From positions 1,482 to 65,481 of the forward strand of contig JAZQFQ010000074.1 in the NCBI GenBank assembly GCA_045539595.1: 64,000 bases of DNA, written 5' to 3'. Origin of the DNA: Eubacteriales bacterium. Lineage in GTDB: Bacteria > Bacillota > Clostridia > Oscillospirales > CAG-272. Below, one piece after another: positions 47,182 through 56,694 of this stretch. The position numbers were made by a program, and so were the translations under genes. Under the pieces are notes generated by a model. That model was not told the DNA's origin and ran no database searches. It saw nothing but the letters and a program-made list of their open reading frames with translations. Each line of letters opens with the position of its first letter. Positions within the stretch are counted from its first letter, which is position 1.

Positions 47182-48906
47182 CTACTGTAGGAAACGCACT
47201 ACGATTACGGCCACTGATTTATCGGCCTTAGTAATCTGTCTCTTGCGGTAGTTTTTATTGGCCTCATAGTCTAGATATCCTGCCGCCTTGAACTTTTTGA
47301 GAATCAATCCAGGATTGTTAAATTTGAGTTCTCTCATGATTTTGGGGAATTCGGTGGCAATAATATTTACCTCCATCCCGCCGCCATCAAGATGTTCGAT
47401 CTTACCCAGACAGGGTGCGCTACTTGACCATACGGAAGAACCATTTGTAATGAAGCGGCCAATATTCGCATTTACAAATCCTCTGAGTGCGTTGTAAGCA
47501 CGAAGTCCAATATCGGTATTAGCATCTGTGTTTACCTGTTGTTCGACAAGGAAGCCAATAATATCTTGCTTTGAAAACTCGATTTCAAGAGCATCCTCTG
47601 CGATATCGGCAACAGTCAGAAGAATCGCCCCAAACTCGGCCAACCGACGAATCGTTTTTGACTGACACCCGCCAGCACTAAGTGCGTTGGAGTATTCGGT
47701 CAAATTCTTTTCACGCAGGTTTGCTACAGCATGGTAAGTCATATTTTCAACGATGTACTGAGTAAATTTTGCACCTGCATGGCCATAGTTTTCATAACAG
47801 CCAGCAACAATCGCATCTGCCTGTTTTGAACTATCCGTAAACTCTGCACTGATTTCACAGACACGGACATTCAAACCTGAGTTTTGATTGTCAGCTTTTT
47901 CGAGCAACGACTCTTCACCAACAGAGAGGATATTCGTTCTGATAACGTTTGTCTTTTGCATCTCGGTTGGACTCAGCATACGGTCTTTGTCGGCACCGTC
48001 AGACAGAGTATAGATCGTTGATGTCAATCGATCAGTGGTTTCAACTTTTGACAGCTCGTCGTACACCATAAGTGTTCCATCCAAGCCATCGAGCTTACCA
48101 ATCAAAGCGTTTGACGTCCCTTTCCAAGACGAAAGCAATGATCGTAACGGGTTTCCATCCGGGCCACAGTATCTCGCGGTTTCAGCTGGATTAGGGCAAC
48201 CTATTACAGATGTTGCTGCAATAGCTGATGTCGTCTTTCCAGAACCGCTGTCACCCATGAAGTGAAAGATCAGATTTCTCGCACCCCATTCACAGGATAT
48301 TATTGGGCTCAGACCAATCAGTACAGCAATTTCAAGAGCAGGTCTTCCGATAATCCATTTGACCACCATGGATTTCCATGCCTCGTATGTACCTTTACGA
48401 CCTATATCATACGCTCCAACATAATCAGCACTCTCATTATCTCTCGAACTGCTGATTAGGCCAGGGCCCTTGAAGAACATGCGTTCCTTATCGGTGCCAA
48501 CATTCTCGATAAGCCAGCCTGTTCGGTGAAAGCACATGCCTTTTTCAGCTGAATCTTCTGACACTCTGAGGCAATTCATCAATGTATTGAGGCTAGAGTC
48601 ATAGACATCCGCATTACACTTGAGAAGAAGAGCCTGTACCTCTTTCTTTCTGCTCAAGAGTTCTCGAGACATATTCACAGTTTCTCTCGTTCCCTCCAAC
48701 GTATCAAAACCGATTGTAAGAATGGGAGAGCCTCCGTCAATGTCTTTTGAAACTCGATCAATTGCAACACGGCGACCGTATCCAACGAATTCAAACTCGT
48801 CTTCATCTTCCCCGGGTTCATAGCGACCGTACTGTTCGACGCCATCTACGATTCCATAGCCATACGAGGCATAAATGCTTTTGGATTTCTTTTTCTTTGC
48901 CATCAT
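47182..48906 (-). CDS. DUF927-type P-loop NTPase (phage/plasmid helicase-like replication protein)
   Basis: Walker A 'GDSGSGKTT' and Walker B-like 'LMVYDELSKV'. The N-terminal region is typical of DUF927 proteins. Confidence 0.78.
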   Translation of the reverse strand: MMAKKKKSKSIYASYGYGIVDGVEQYGRYEPGEDEDEFEFVGYGRRVAIDRVSKDIDGGSPILTIGFDTLEGTRETVNMSRELLSRKKEVQALLLKCNADVYDSSLNTLMNCLRVSEDSAEKGMCFHRTGWLIENVGTDKERMFFKGPGLISSSRDNESADYVGAYDIGRKGTYEAWKSMVVKWIIGRPALEIAVLIGLSPIISCEWGARNLIFHFMGDSGSGKTTSAIAATSVIGCPNPAETARYCGPDGNPLRSLLSSWKGTSNALIGKLDGLDGTLMVYDELSKVETTDRLTSTIYTLSDGADKDRMLSPTEMQKTNVIRTNILSVGEESLLEKADNQNSGLNVRVCEISAEFTDSSKQADAIVAGCYENYGHAGAKFTQYIVENMTYHAVANLREKNLTEYSNALSAGGCQSKTIRRLAEFGAILLTVADIAEDALEIEFSKQDIIGFLVEQQVNTDANTDIGLRAYNALRGFVNANIGRFITNGSSVWSSSAPCLGKIEHLDGGGMEVNIIATEFPKIMRELKFNNPGLILKKFKAAGYLDYEANKNYRKRQITKADKSVAVIVVRFLQ

Positions 48907-49030
48907 TTTGTCCTTTCTTTGATCCATGTACCACACAGCGTACGGAGAGCTGTGGACACAACGTATTTACTTTCCAATGAACATTCTGCGAGCGCTCACG
49001 GGGCCAGAGCCCCCTAATTACTCGTTGCCT

Positions 49031-49573
49031 TCAACCGCTACCAAGGGCCTCGAGAATATCATCCGAAGCCTTCACATGCACCTTGCCGTCATCACTGATG
49101 TTCGTAATTGCAAAGCCATCGCGCTGACGTATCTGCTCCATGCAGCATATAGCCTCGCGCTTTAACTTTCTTGGCACACCATAATCTCGATGATTGGCGA
49201 CCATCTCGCAAAATACGGGCATCAGGCGGCTTCCAGTATCAGGGTACTGCTTCGCCAAATCAATCAGTCCACGAAGGCCTTTTTTGAAATAACCTTCATT
49301 GACCTTGTCTTCTCTCAGTGCTGGGTTCCAGCCCAAATCGAGTGCCTTGTGTGCCGCATTATGCTTATAGTCACCTTCGTTCGAAAAACATATTGTATAC
49401 GCGATTTCGTTGAGGTTTCCCGCACACAGCGCCACAGTAAGCAAGTCGACATCATGAATGATATCGGCAAGCATAATGCTTGCAACTGCAGATGCCTTTT
49501 CACCTAAGCCTTTAATCATGTTTACCATTCTACTTACCATATCTTCCCCAGATGCCCAGCATCGTGTGCACAC
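49031..49573 (-). CDS. hypothetical protein (about 170-180 aa)
   Basis: ORF immediately upstream of the DUF927 gene on the same strand. The start is uncertain. No family recognised. Confidence 0.55.
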   Translation of the reverse strand: MCTRCWASGEDMVSRMVNMIKGLGEKASAVASIMLADIIHDVDLLTVALCAGNLNEIAYTICFSNEGDYKHNAAHKALDLGWNPALREDKVNEGYFKKGLRGLIDLAKQYPDTGSRLMPVFCEMVANHRDYGVPRKLKREAICCMEQIRQRDGFAITNISDDGKVHVKASDDILEALGSG

Positions 49574-49811
49574 CGTACAGATGCATCTGAGGGAAGCCTT
49601 TCTTATATTATTTTGTATCGCAAGAATGCAACCACGGAAACGGCTAGCATCTTACCGGTTAGGTGTCAGCCTTTGCAAGCAGGATTCACTAAGCCGTCGC
49701 CTAATGTTTCTATCTCGCTTGCATCACCAAGATTACCCTTGCAAATACATCTTAGCATACTCAAACGGGTCTGTAAACATCCACAATTATATCTATTTTA
49801 TACTTATAACC

Positions 49812-49840
49812 TTGACAAATTATCAAATTATACTTATAAT
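49812..49840 (+). promoter_or_regulatory. consensus sigma-A promoter in the AT-rich divergent region
   Basis: TTGACA (49812-49817), a 17-nt spacer, then TATAAT (49835-49840). It is overlapped by the repeated 12-mers TTATACTTATAA (49798, 49828). Confidence 0.6.
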
Positions 49841-49924
49841 ATACTTAAAACAGGATTTTTAATATAAACCAATGAATCTTGGTTATGTGGCTTTAATTCA
49901 AATAATGAAAAGAGGGTATCACTT

Positions 49925-50839
49925 ATGCCTAGAGTTCCAAAGCTACGCACAGACGTATATAATTTTCTTCTAAACTACTTTAGAGATAGGTATCAAAACA
50001 GCCAGGCCCTGCAGATTAGAGAAACTAACAAAAACGATATCAAATTTCCTACTATCAAGTCTATCATAGAGTTTGTAGAAAAAAGCGACCGGTATGTTGT
50101 CAAGAAAAAAGGAGAAAAATCCAAGACAACCTACAATGTGGATCAATCCATCCTATCACCAGATACTATAAGAAAAGCAATAGAAAAATTAATATCAGAT
50201 GGAAAAATCCGCAAAATAGATGGATCATACGAGTATGTCCCTCACATGGACAGATCACTAGAGTATCACCCTACCCTAAAATTCTCGGAGAAGATAGATA
50301 TTTCTATAGGCTATCCTGATGAATTTATGGTGCTCACAGTAGATCCGGCTCATATTATAGGTGTTACTAACTATTTAAAAGCTCTTTTTTACAAAGGGGA
50401 TATCATTTTTATTCCGATTGCGGACAAAATCTTGTGCATAAGTATATATCCAAAAAATGTGCTGTTTACTATGCCAGGTGAGGAGAGCAATGAGTTTGAG
50501 CCCATTAATATGGATCTGCGCGGCAGAATACTAAATGCACTTAAACATTTCAACTGCCATCTCCCGGACTTCCCTTATGGTCAAAAATATGAATATGAAT
50601 ATTATCTTCGACATGATTCCAAAACATTAAACTTGTTTAAGAAACGATTTGCCACTAAGATAGCCACAACAAATGAAGAAACTATAGATAAAACCACAAA
50701 GAAAAGCATAAATTCATACCGTTTAATTTCTGACATACTAGATGCTCAATATGAAACCGAGCATGAGATGGAAGAAGAAACAAAAACAGTTAATACCAAA
50801 GCCAACCAAGAGGCCTATACCTCTGGCGCCATAGAGTAG
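49925..50839 (+). CDS. hypothetical protein (304 aa), very AT-rich
   Basis: ORF with an upstream GAGGG. It is Lys/Ile/Tyr-rich. The segment 'IRKAIEKLISDGKIRKIDGSYEY' is wHTH-like, which is speculative. Confidence 0.65.
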   Translation: MPRVPKLRTDVYNFLLNYFRDRYQNSQALQIRETNKNDIKFPTIKSIIEFVEKSDRYVVKKKGEKSKTTYNVDQSILSPDTIRKAIEKLISDGKIRKIDGSYEYVPHMDRSLEYHPTLKFSEKIDISIGYPDEFMVLTVDPAHIIGVTNYLKALFYKGDIIFIPIADKILCISIYPKNVLFTMPGEESNEFEPINMDLRGRILNALKHFNCHLPDFPYGQKYEYEYYLRHDSKTLNLFKKRFATKIATTNEETIDKTTKKSINSYRLISDILDAQYETEHEMEEETKTVNTKANQEAYTSGAIE

Positions 50840-50930
50840 CCCCGCAATCTTGCTGCATTCATATATATATAATAATTACGACCCATAGAGCCAAGAGCCC
50901 TATGGGTCAATTTATTTATGGAGGTAGTAC

Positions 50931-51275
50931 ATGCTATACAGATTCAGCACCACCCGCGAAATCCACGAATCAGCCTCACGCTTCCAGGCGGAAGTAGTAA
51001 CTGCGCTGTTAACTAGTACAGCGGCCATTGAACGTGAATATGCTTCTGACCGAGATTGCCGGGAAACGGGTGGTTACTCTATCGTGGTAGAAACCACAGA
51101 GGATCTTTCGGCCTTACGTGAGATTGTAAACATTGACACGCATCCCTGCGAATGGGCAACGCGATTAGGAGCGTCAGGGTTTGTTTCCGCGCTCTACGTG
51201 ATTAACAACAATCTCACAATTATGCTCTGCATTCCGGAATGCATCGCCCCGCCGATCATAATGGATGAACTATAA
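50931..51275 (+). CDS. hypothetical protein (114 aa)
   Basis: ATG lies 7 nt after GGAGG. No family recognised. Confidence 0.55.
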   Translation: MLYRFSTTREIHESASRFQAEVVTALLTSTAAIEREYASDRDCRETGGYSIVVETTEDLSALREIVNIDTHPCEWATRLGASGFVSALYVINNNLTIMLCIPECIAPPIIMDEL

Positions 51276-51306
51276 TGCCAATTTATATAATGAAAGGAAC
51301 ACCACT

Positions 51307-51891
51307 ATGAAGACCATCGAAACCACCCTTACCACCACCGCTTTTTTCTCGGAGGATGGTAGTCGCAAATACCTAATTAAGAAAAGTTGGGATTTAACCA
51401 AACCTTCGCTCACAATTGTGCTGCTTGCTCCCAGCACAACCTCGGGAATCGCACTAGACAATACTACGCAGCGAACCATAGGAAATGCAGATCGGCTTGG
51501 ATTCGGTTCTGTAAGCATTGTCAACCTATTTTCCAGCATGGATGAATTAACAAGCGCCTCTGCTGTGGATGAAGACCCTGAAAATATGAAAATGATCGTT
51601 GCTGAGGCAAAGAAATGTGACGTTTTGGTATATGCCCCCGGAAATGGTAAGGCCAAGAACCCGGTTTTCCAAGCACGTGCAGCACAAGTACTAAAGCATC
51701 TGAAACCCTTTGAGAAGAAAATGAAGTGCCTTTCCAACGAGGACGGCTCCATCAGGCTGCGGCATCCACTCTACCCCGCTGTTCGTACCTGGTATCTTAG
51801 TGACACCACGGTCGATGAGGCAATGCAGACGATAACCGATGCCCAAATGCCTCCCAAACCAATTGGCAGACCAAGGAAAACGCAACAATGA
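51307..51891 (+). CDS. DUF1643 domain protein
   Basis: 'RKYLIKKSWDLTKPSLTIVLLAPS', 'VNLFS', 'VLVYAPGNG' and 'LRHPLY' fit the DUF1643 pattern as I recall it. ATG at 51307 follows GAAAGGA. Confidence 0.68.
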   Translation: MKTIETTLTTTAFFSEDGSRKYLIKKSWDLTKPSLTIVLLAPSTTSGIALDNTTQRTIGNADRLGFGSVSIVNLFSSMDELTSASAVDEDPENMKMIVAEAKKCDVLVYAPGNGKAKNPVFQARAAQVLKHLKPFEKKMKCLSNEDGSIRLRHPLYPAVRTWYLSDTTVDEAMQTITDAQMPPKPIGRPRKTQQ

Positions 51892-51987
51892 CAAAAGCTC
51901 CCTGCCTCACGCTGTGTGGGGCGGGGAGCCTTTATTGGCGGGATCATAGAAAATGGAGGATTTGTATGATCCTCGCTTTCCTGTCAC

Positions 51988-52401
51988 CTAGATGTTAATG
52001 GGCGACACATCCATACTGTCAATCTCCTTTATCAGCTGCTCACTCCAATTACGGAGGGTTTCAGAATCATCATAGAATTCAGGATCAAAAAACAGCATCA
52101 TGTATTTCATCATCTGATCTTCAGTGAGTGAGATAGGATGCGTGTCCTTATCGACTGCAACGACGTAGAACACACCTGATATAATCTCCCCTTGTACCAT
52201 CCTGTTAGCATCGAGTCCCGCAAAGAATGCATCAGGAGCGTACAGGATGTAGACATCCTTTCCTATTTTTTTGGCAACAGCACGCAGTTCTTCATCAGCA
52301 CCAATGCTTACTGCCCGGTTAAAAGCATCCACACTTGCTTCAACCGTAGTGATGCTCGGCGTATGCATAGGTGCGACCGCTAAACACTTTATTTGTCTCA
52401 T
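51988..52401 (-). CDS. DUF3846 domain protein (second copy in the island)
   Basis: 'CLAVAPMHTPSITTVEASVDAFNRAV ... GVFYVVAVD' parallels 42900..43286. ATG at 52401 follows GAGGT. Confidence 0.68.
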   Translation of the reverse strand: MRQIKCLAVAPMHTPSITTVEASVDAFNRAVSIGADEELRAVAKKIGKDVYILYAPDAFFAGLDANRMVQGEIISGVFYVVAVDKDTHPISLTEDQMMKYMMLFFDPEFYDDSETLRNWSEQLIKEIDSMDVSPINI

Positions 52402-52409
52402 ATCATACC

Positions 52410-52613
52410 TCACTCCAGGGGAAGATACGCCCTGCCAGGATCCGCCAGTAACCTTTCAAACGCTTCCCTATCGGTATATATGCGTCCACCTATGATCTTC
52501 GTCTTGTCAGGTAAGTAGCGTTTCAAAAGCCACCGTATTCTCTTCTTGCTCAGCGGAAGATACATCTGATATATATCATCTACACTGATAAATCTTCTCT
52601 TTGCTTGGGTCAT
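52410..52613 (-). CDS. small HTH_17-like DNA-binding protein (67 aa)
   Basis: 'ISVDDIYQMYLPLSKKRIRWLLKRYL...IGGRIYTDREAFERLL' is an excisionase-like pattern. Confidence 0.5.
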   Translation of the reverse strand: MTQAKRRFISVDDIYQMYLPLSKKRIRWLLKRYLPDKTKIIGGRIYTDREAFERLLADPGRAYLPLE

Positions 52614-52930
52614 CTCATTCTACCTCCTTTATGTTTGCTAACAGGCGTTTTGGATTCTTCACTCTCATAAGTTCTGCCGTCAAATAGTCTGAATATCGTT
52701 ACAGATTTCCCGTACTCTTTTAATTCCGGGAGTTTTGCAAGCTCCCTTCCAAGCAAAACGGACTCGCTGTGTGTCAGCAAGTCCGTCGAAAAGTAATCTT
52801 TATATACCCTAGGATTCTTATTTGGCACGGCCTTATTGATCGTATCAATAATTAACTGCTCGTATATGCGAAGGTCGACGCCCCTATGCTTCGATTCCGC
52901 CAGACGGCACTTTCGTCTTTGGTTTGCCAT
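52610..52930 (-). CDS. hypothetical protein (106 aa)
   Basis: ORF overlapping the next gene by 4 nt. No family recognised. Confidence 0.5.
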   Translation of the reverse strand: MANQRRKCRLAESKHRGVDLRIYEQLIIDTINKAVPNKNPRVYKDYFSTDLLTHSESVLLGRELAKLPELKEYGKSVTIFRLFDGRTYESEESKTPVSKHKGGRMR

Positions 52931-53020
52931 AACCGGCTCCTTTACAAATAATTTCAGCTACGGCCAACTGTGGTCAACCGTAGCTGATTAATTATTTGTT
53001 GAGTTGGAGGGTAGCGGTCA

Positions 53021-54502
53021 CTATAGTTGCTTTTTCAACTCTTGAAAACTCTCCAAAGCACTCTGCAAATTCTCGATAATGTCATCAGCAAGAACATCGG
53101 GATCGGGGAGATTATCAAGATCAGCGAGTGACTTGTCTTTAATCCAAAAAATATCAAGACTTGTCTTATCGCGCTTCAAAATTTCATCAACACTAAACTT
53201 ACGCCAACGTCCATCGGGATTTTCTTCCGACCACGTTTCCTTGCGCTCATGGCGATTTTCGGGATTGTAGCAGGCGATAAAATCTTGTAAATCGGCATCA
53301 CTCATCGGGTGCTGCTTAAGCGTAAAGTGAATATTGGTTCGGAAGTCATAAATCCAAATTTCCTTGGTCTGCCTATCGGGACTTGCAGGCTTTTTATCAA
53401 AGAATATAACGTTAGCCTTTACGCCTGGCTTATAAAAGATACCAGTAGGCAGACGAAGAATTGTATGCAGATCGGTAGTCTGCAACAGCTTTTGACGAAC
53501 AGTTTCACCCGCGCCACCCTCGAAAAGAACGTTGTCGGGAACGACGACTGCTGCCTTGCCCGTTGCTTTCATAATCGTATTGATGTGCTGAACAAAGTTA
53601 AGCTGTTTGTTGGAACTTGTCGTCCAGAAATCCTGACGGTTATATACGAGCTCTTCTTCCTCTTCCTCGCCTTCCTCATTGGTCATCGTGATGGATGATT
53701 TCTTGCCGAAAGGTGGGTTGGTGAGCACGTAATCCACGCGATAACCGGGATCGGTCAAAAGTGAGTCACCTTGCATAACAGGAATGTTACCGTAAATATC
53801 GCCGATATTGTGGAGGTAAAGGTTCATCAAAGCCATCTTGAAGGTGGTTTTAACAAGCTCGTTACCATAGAAGGTTTCGTTTTTGAGAAATTCCTTCTGT
53901 TCTCTATCCAAAGTGTAGTTATCGGGGTTAGTTAAGAACTCTTGTGCAGCAAGGAAGAAACCGCCGGAACCGCAGCAGGGATCAGCGATTGTTTTTCCGG
54001 GTTCGGGGCGCAGACACTCCACCATTGCGCGAATCAAAGGACGGGGCGTGAAATACTGACCTGCGCCACTCTTGATATCTTCCGCGTTCTTTTGGAGCAA
54101 TCCTTCGTAGATTTCGCCCTTTACGTCGGAGGACATCGAAACCCATTTCTCTTTGTCGATCATCTGTACAATACGGAAAAGAATTGCCGCATTGCTGATT
54201 TTATTGCTTGCCTGTGAGAAGATCTGACCGAGAATACCGCCCTCATTTGCAAGCTTTTCAAGCGTTTTCTTGTACTGTTCTTCAAGCTCTGCTCCTTTGA
54301 GCGTATTCATATCCGACCACGTATATCCCTCGGGAATGCCGGTGATCTTCTTATAAGGCGGCTTGGAATACTCATCCGACATCTTCAAAAAGATGAGATA
54401 TGTAAGCTGTTCAAGATAATCTCCGTAGGATACACCATCATCGCGAAGCGGCGCACACATCCCCCACACTTTAGAGATTATTGTTGTTGATTGTTCTGAC
54501 AT
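53021..54502 (-). CDS. hsdM: type I restriction-modification system, DNA methyltransferase subunit
   Basis: HsdM N-domain 'YLEQLTYLIFLKM', SAM motif 'DPCCGSGGF', and catalytic 'NPPFG'. ATG at 54502 follows AAGGAGAA. Confidence 0.93.
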   Translation of the reverse strand: MSEQSTTIISKVWGMCAPLRDDGVSYGDYLEQLTYLIFLKMSDEYSKPPYKKITGIPEGYTWSDMNTLKGAELEEQYKKTLEKLANEGGILGQIFSQASNKISNAAILFRIVQMIDKEKWVSMSSDVKGEIYEGLLQKNAEDIKSGAGQYFTPRPLIRAMVECLRPEPGKTIADPCCGSGGFFLAAQEFLTNPDNYTLDREQKEFLKNETFYGNELVKTTFKMALMNLYLHNIGDIYGNIPVMQGDSLLTDPGYRVDYVLTNPPFGKKSSITMTNEEGEEEEEELVYNRQDFWTTSSNKQLNFVQHINTIMKATGKAAVVVPDNVLFEGGAGETVRQKLLQTTDLHTILRLPTGIFYKPGVKANVIFFDKKPASPDRQTKEIWIYDFRTNIHFTLKQHPMSDADLQDFIACYNPENRHERKETWSEENPDGRWRKFSVDEILKRDKTSLDIFWIKDKSLADLDNLPDPDVLADDIIENLQSALESFQELKKQL

Positions 54503-54513
54503 TGTTTTTCTCC

Positions 54514-55536
54514 TTATCGAATGGGTACCTTTGAAATGCTTACCTTTGTGTCGCTTAAACCGTTGCTGCTCAAAAACCACTGTAGTTCTTTTCGGTTTTG
54601 CACACACGTCGGTCCTAATATTATTTCTGGAATAACACCAGATCCCCAAATACTGTCAAGACAGAGATTATGATAACTTCTGATTCCAGCATTTGACATC
54701 ATAAAATGCTTTTCTCTGATTTGAAGGATATCTACAAGATTGTTAAATGCATCTTCATAATCGGTGAGCTTAGCTGTCTCCAAGTCATTTGCCATTGACT
54801 TGATCAATTTTTTCGTTTCCAAAATGGATTCAGTTTCAAAATAGAGTCTAACTTCATCTTCATCGATAAAACTGTTGTTTTTCACAAACTTCATGATATT
54901 TTGATATACAGCTGCCATATACACAAATCCGCCTCTATCAATAACTTTGATAGGGTCAATCTGGGGATGATCCTTGGTTGATTTTGTGAGTGTATTTATA
55001 TAATCGACAGTTTTGTTCCTAATAGTGTGCGTTAATGCATCTGATGTATAGAGCGTTTCAGCTATATCAAATAAGCTCATTCCGAAGATGTAGTTATTTG
55101 TTCTCCAATACAATACATCTAATGCAGCAACATTAAATCCGATGCAAACTCCGGAACAATTTGCTGCGTATCTATCCCAGTGAGTGAGATTGTCCCTTTT
55201 TTTTGATAAACATAGTGCATACGGAGTATGCCTTGATTTACATTCCTTCTCAAATCTCTTTTTGTTTTCATCAATATTGCTAATCAGCCGTTTAAAGCAA
55301 CGTTTCGTATTTTCATCCTTTTCATTCTCGTAAACAAACGTAAAATCTGATATAAACCTTTCAAAATTGTATGACAACTCCTTGCTGTCATTTGATGAAC
55401 GTAGGCTGGTCATTCGAAATGTTTTACTATTAACAATATTAAATAATGTTTCCAAAGAGGTATAATGATAGTAAACTCGAGGTGAAACATTTTCAATTTG
55501 ACTGAAGTAGTCTATTTTGTTTTCTCTTTTATTCAT
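54514..55536 (-). CDS. DUF2971 family protein embedded between hsdS and hsdM
   Basis: 'YYHYTSLETLFNIVNSKTFRMTSLRSSNDSKE' is the DUF2971 N-terminal signature as I recall it. ATG at 55536 follows GGGAGAG and overlaps the hsdS 3' end by 8 nt. Confidence 0.72.
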   Translation of the reverse strand: MNKRENKIDYFSQIENVSPRVYYHYTSLETLFNIVNSKTFRMTSLRSSNDSKELSYNFERFISDFTFVYENEKDENTKRCFKRLISNIDENKKRFEKECKSRHTPYALCLSKKRDNLTHWDRYAANCSGVCIGFNVAALDVLYWRTNNYIFGMSLFDIAETLYTSDALTHTIRNKTVDYINTLTKSTKDHPQIDPIKVIDRGGFVYMAAVYQNIMKFVKNNSFIDEDEVRLYFETESILETKKLIKSMANDLETAKLTDYEDAFNNLVDILQIREKHFMMSNAGIRSYHNLCLDSIWGSGVIPEIILGPTCVQNRKELQWFLSSNGLSDTKVSISKVPIR

Positions 55537-56677
55537 TCAACAACTCTCCCTCAAATGCTCTTTTCAAAATGCTCTGTCGCATAGCTTCGGCTTGTTGCAA
55601 AGCGGTGTCAACTGTTTCTTCGATACTGTCACAAACAGATAAGCGAGATTCTATTATACCCAGCACTGCGTCTGCTTCTTCATCGGAAACTACAGGAACT
55701 CTCGAATCGCGTATGTCATCCAGCCCGAGTCCGAGCTTTCCTGCTCCTCGCTTGTTTTTCAACAGATCTTTTTGTCCCCAATCGCTTCGCAAGTACCAAG
55801 CCATAAACTTTCCTTGTGCCGAATTCTTAAATCTCACAACAGCAATATGCTGATTTATATAGGCTTCACCGATATTATTAGGTACAAGTCCTATACTACC
55901 AAGATCTGCCGTAATAGAGACTAAAACATCATTTGGCTGTAATTTAGAACGCAAACCTTCTGCTTTGTCCGGCAAATCAACATATTGAGTATCGCTAAAA
56001 TCAATATCAATAGAATCTCTCGTCAAATTCCCAATACGAATAAATTTAGCTCCCTGAGGTGCATAGTATTTCGCCCATCCTCGTGATCCACTTGTTACCA
56101 ATGTTGACATTTCTCGTATAGGTGAAAGCTTTTTACATCTTTCAAAAGCCTCTTTTAGTACTGCCTGACGATACACCGAAAGCTGTTGCTTTGTCTTTTT
56201 CAGCGTTTCAACGCCGTTGTCAAGTTCGGAGAAAAGTTCTTCGATTTTTGCGACAACGCGTTTTTGCTCTTCAAGCGAAGGAACAACAAGCTTTTGTTGG
56301 TTCAATATATTAGCATCAAGGTGGGGAGTACCCGTACCTTTCTTTTTTGTATTCAGCAATGCATACTTACCCTGCAAAAAATAATACAAGTATTCTTGCG
56401 ACATACCGTCCGCTGATATAATTGCTAATGTTGACCCAACATACCCATCAATAGCTTTTCCAACAAACCCAGATCGAGAACCGTCGCAGACAATCAGTAT
56501 ATCTCCAGCTTTGCAGGGCAAACATTTCTCGCCATCTGTGTACATTTTGACATTGCCGGTTTCAAAAGCCTCAATATCCACATAAGGCATATATCCATCT
56601 TGAGGCTTATCCGTTTGTCGTAATGGTTTTTTGCCTTTTTTTATGTGTGATATAGTGCCAAATTCAATAAGATTCAT
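55529..56677 (-). CDS. hsdS: type I restriction-modification system, specificity subunit
   Basis: Two TRD-like halves are separated and followed by conserved helices: 'LEEQKRVVAKIEELFSELD', and 'AVLGIIESRLSVCD...ALQQAEAMRQSILKRAFEGEL'. Confidence 0.88.
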   Translation of the reverse strand: MNLIEFGTISHIKKGKKPLRQTDKPQDGYMPYVDIEAFETGNVKMYTDGEKCLPCKAGDILIVCDGSRSGFVGKAIDGYVGSTLAIISADGMSQEYLYYFLQGKYALLNTKKKGTGTPHLDANILNQQKLVVPSLEEQKRVVAKIEELFSELDNGVETLKKTKQQLSVYRQAVLKEAFERCKKLSPIREMSTLVTSGSRGWAKYYAPQGAKFIRIGNLTRDSIDIDFSDTQYVDLPDKAEGLRSKLQPNDVLVSITADLGSIGLVPNNIGEAYINQHIAVVRFKNSAQGKFMAWYLRSDWGQKDLLKNKRGAGKLGLGLDDIRDSRVPVVSDEEADAVLGIIESRLSVCDSIEETVDTALQQAEAMRQSILKRAFEGELLNE

Positions 56678-56694
56678 ACGCACGTGACCTTTAT

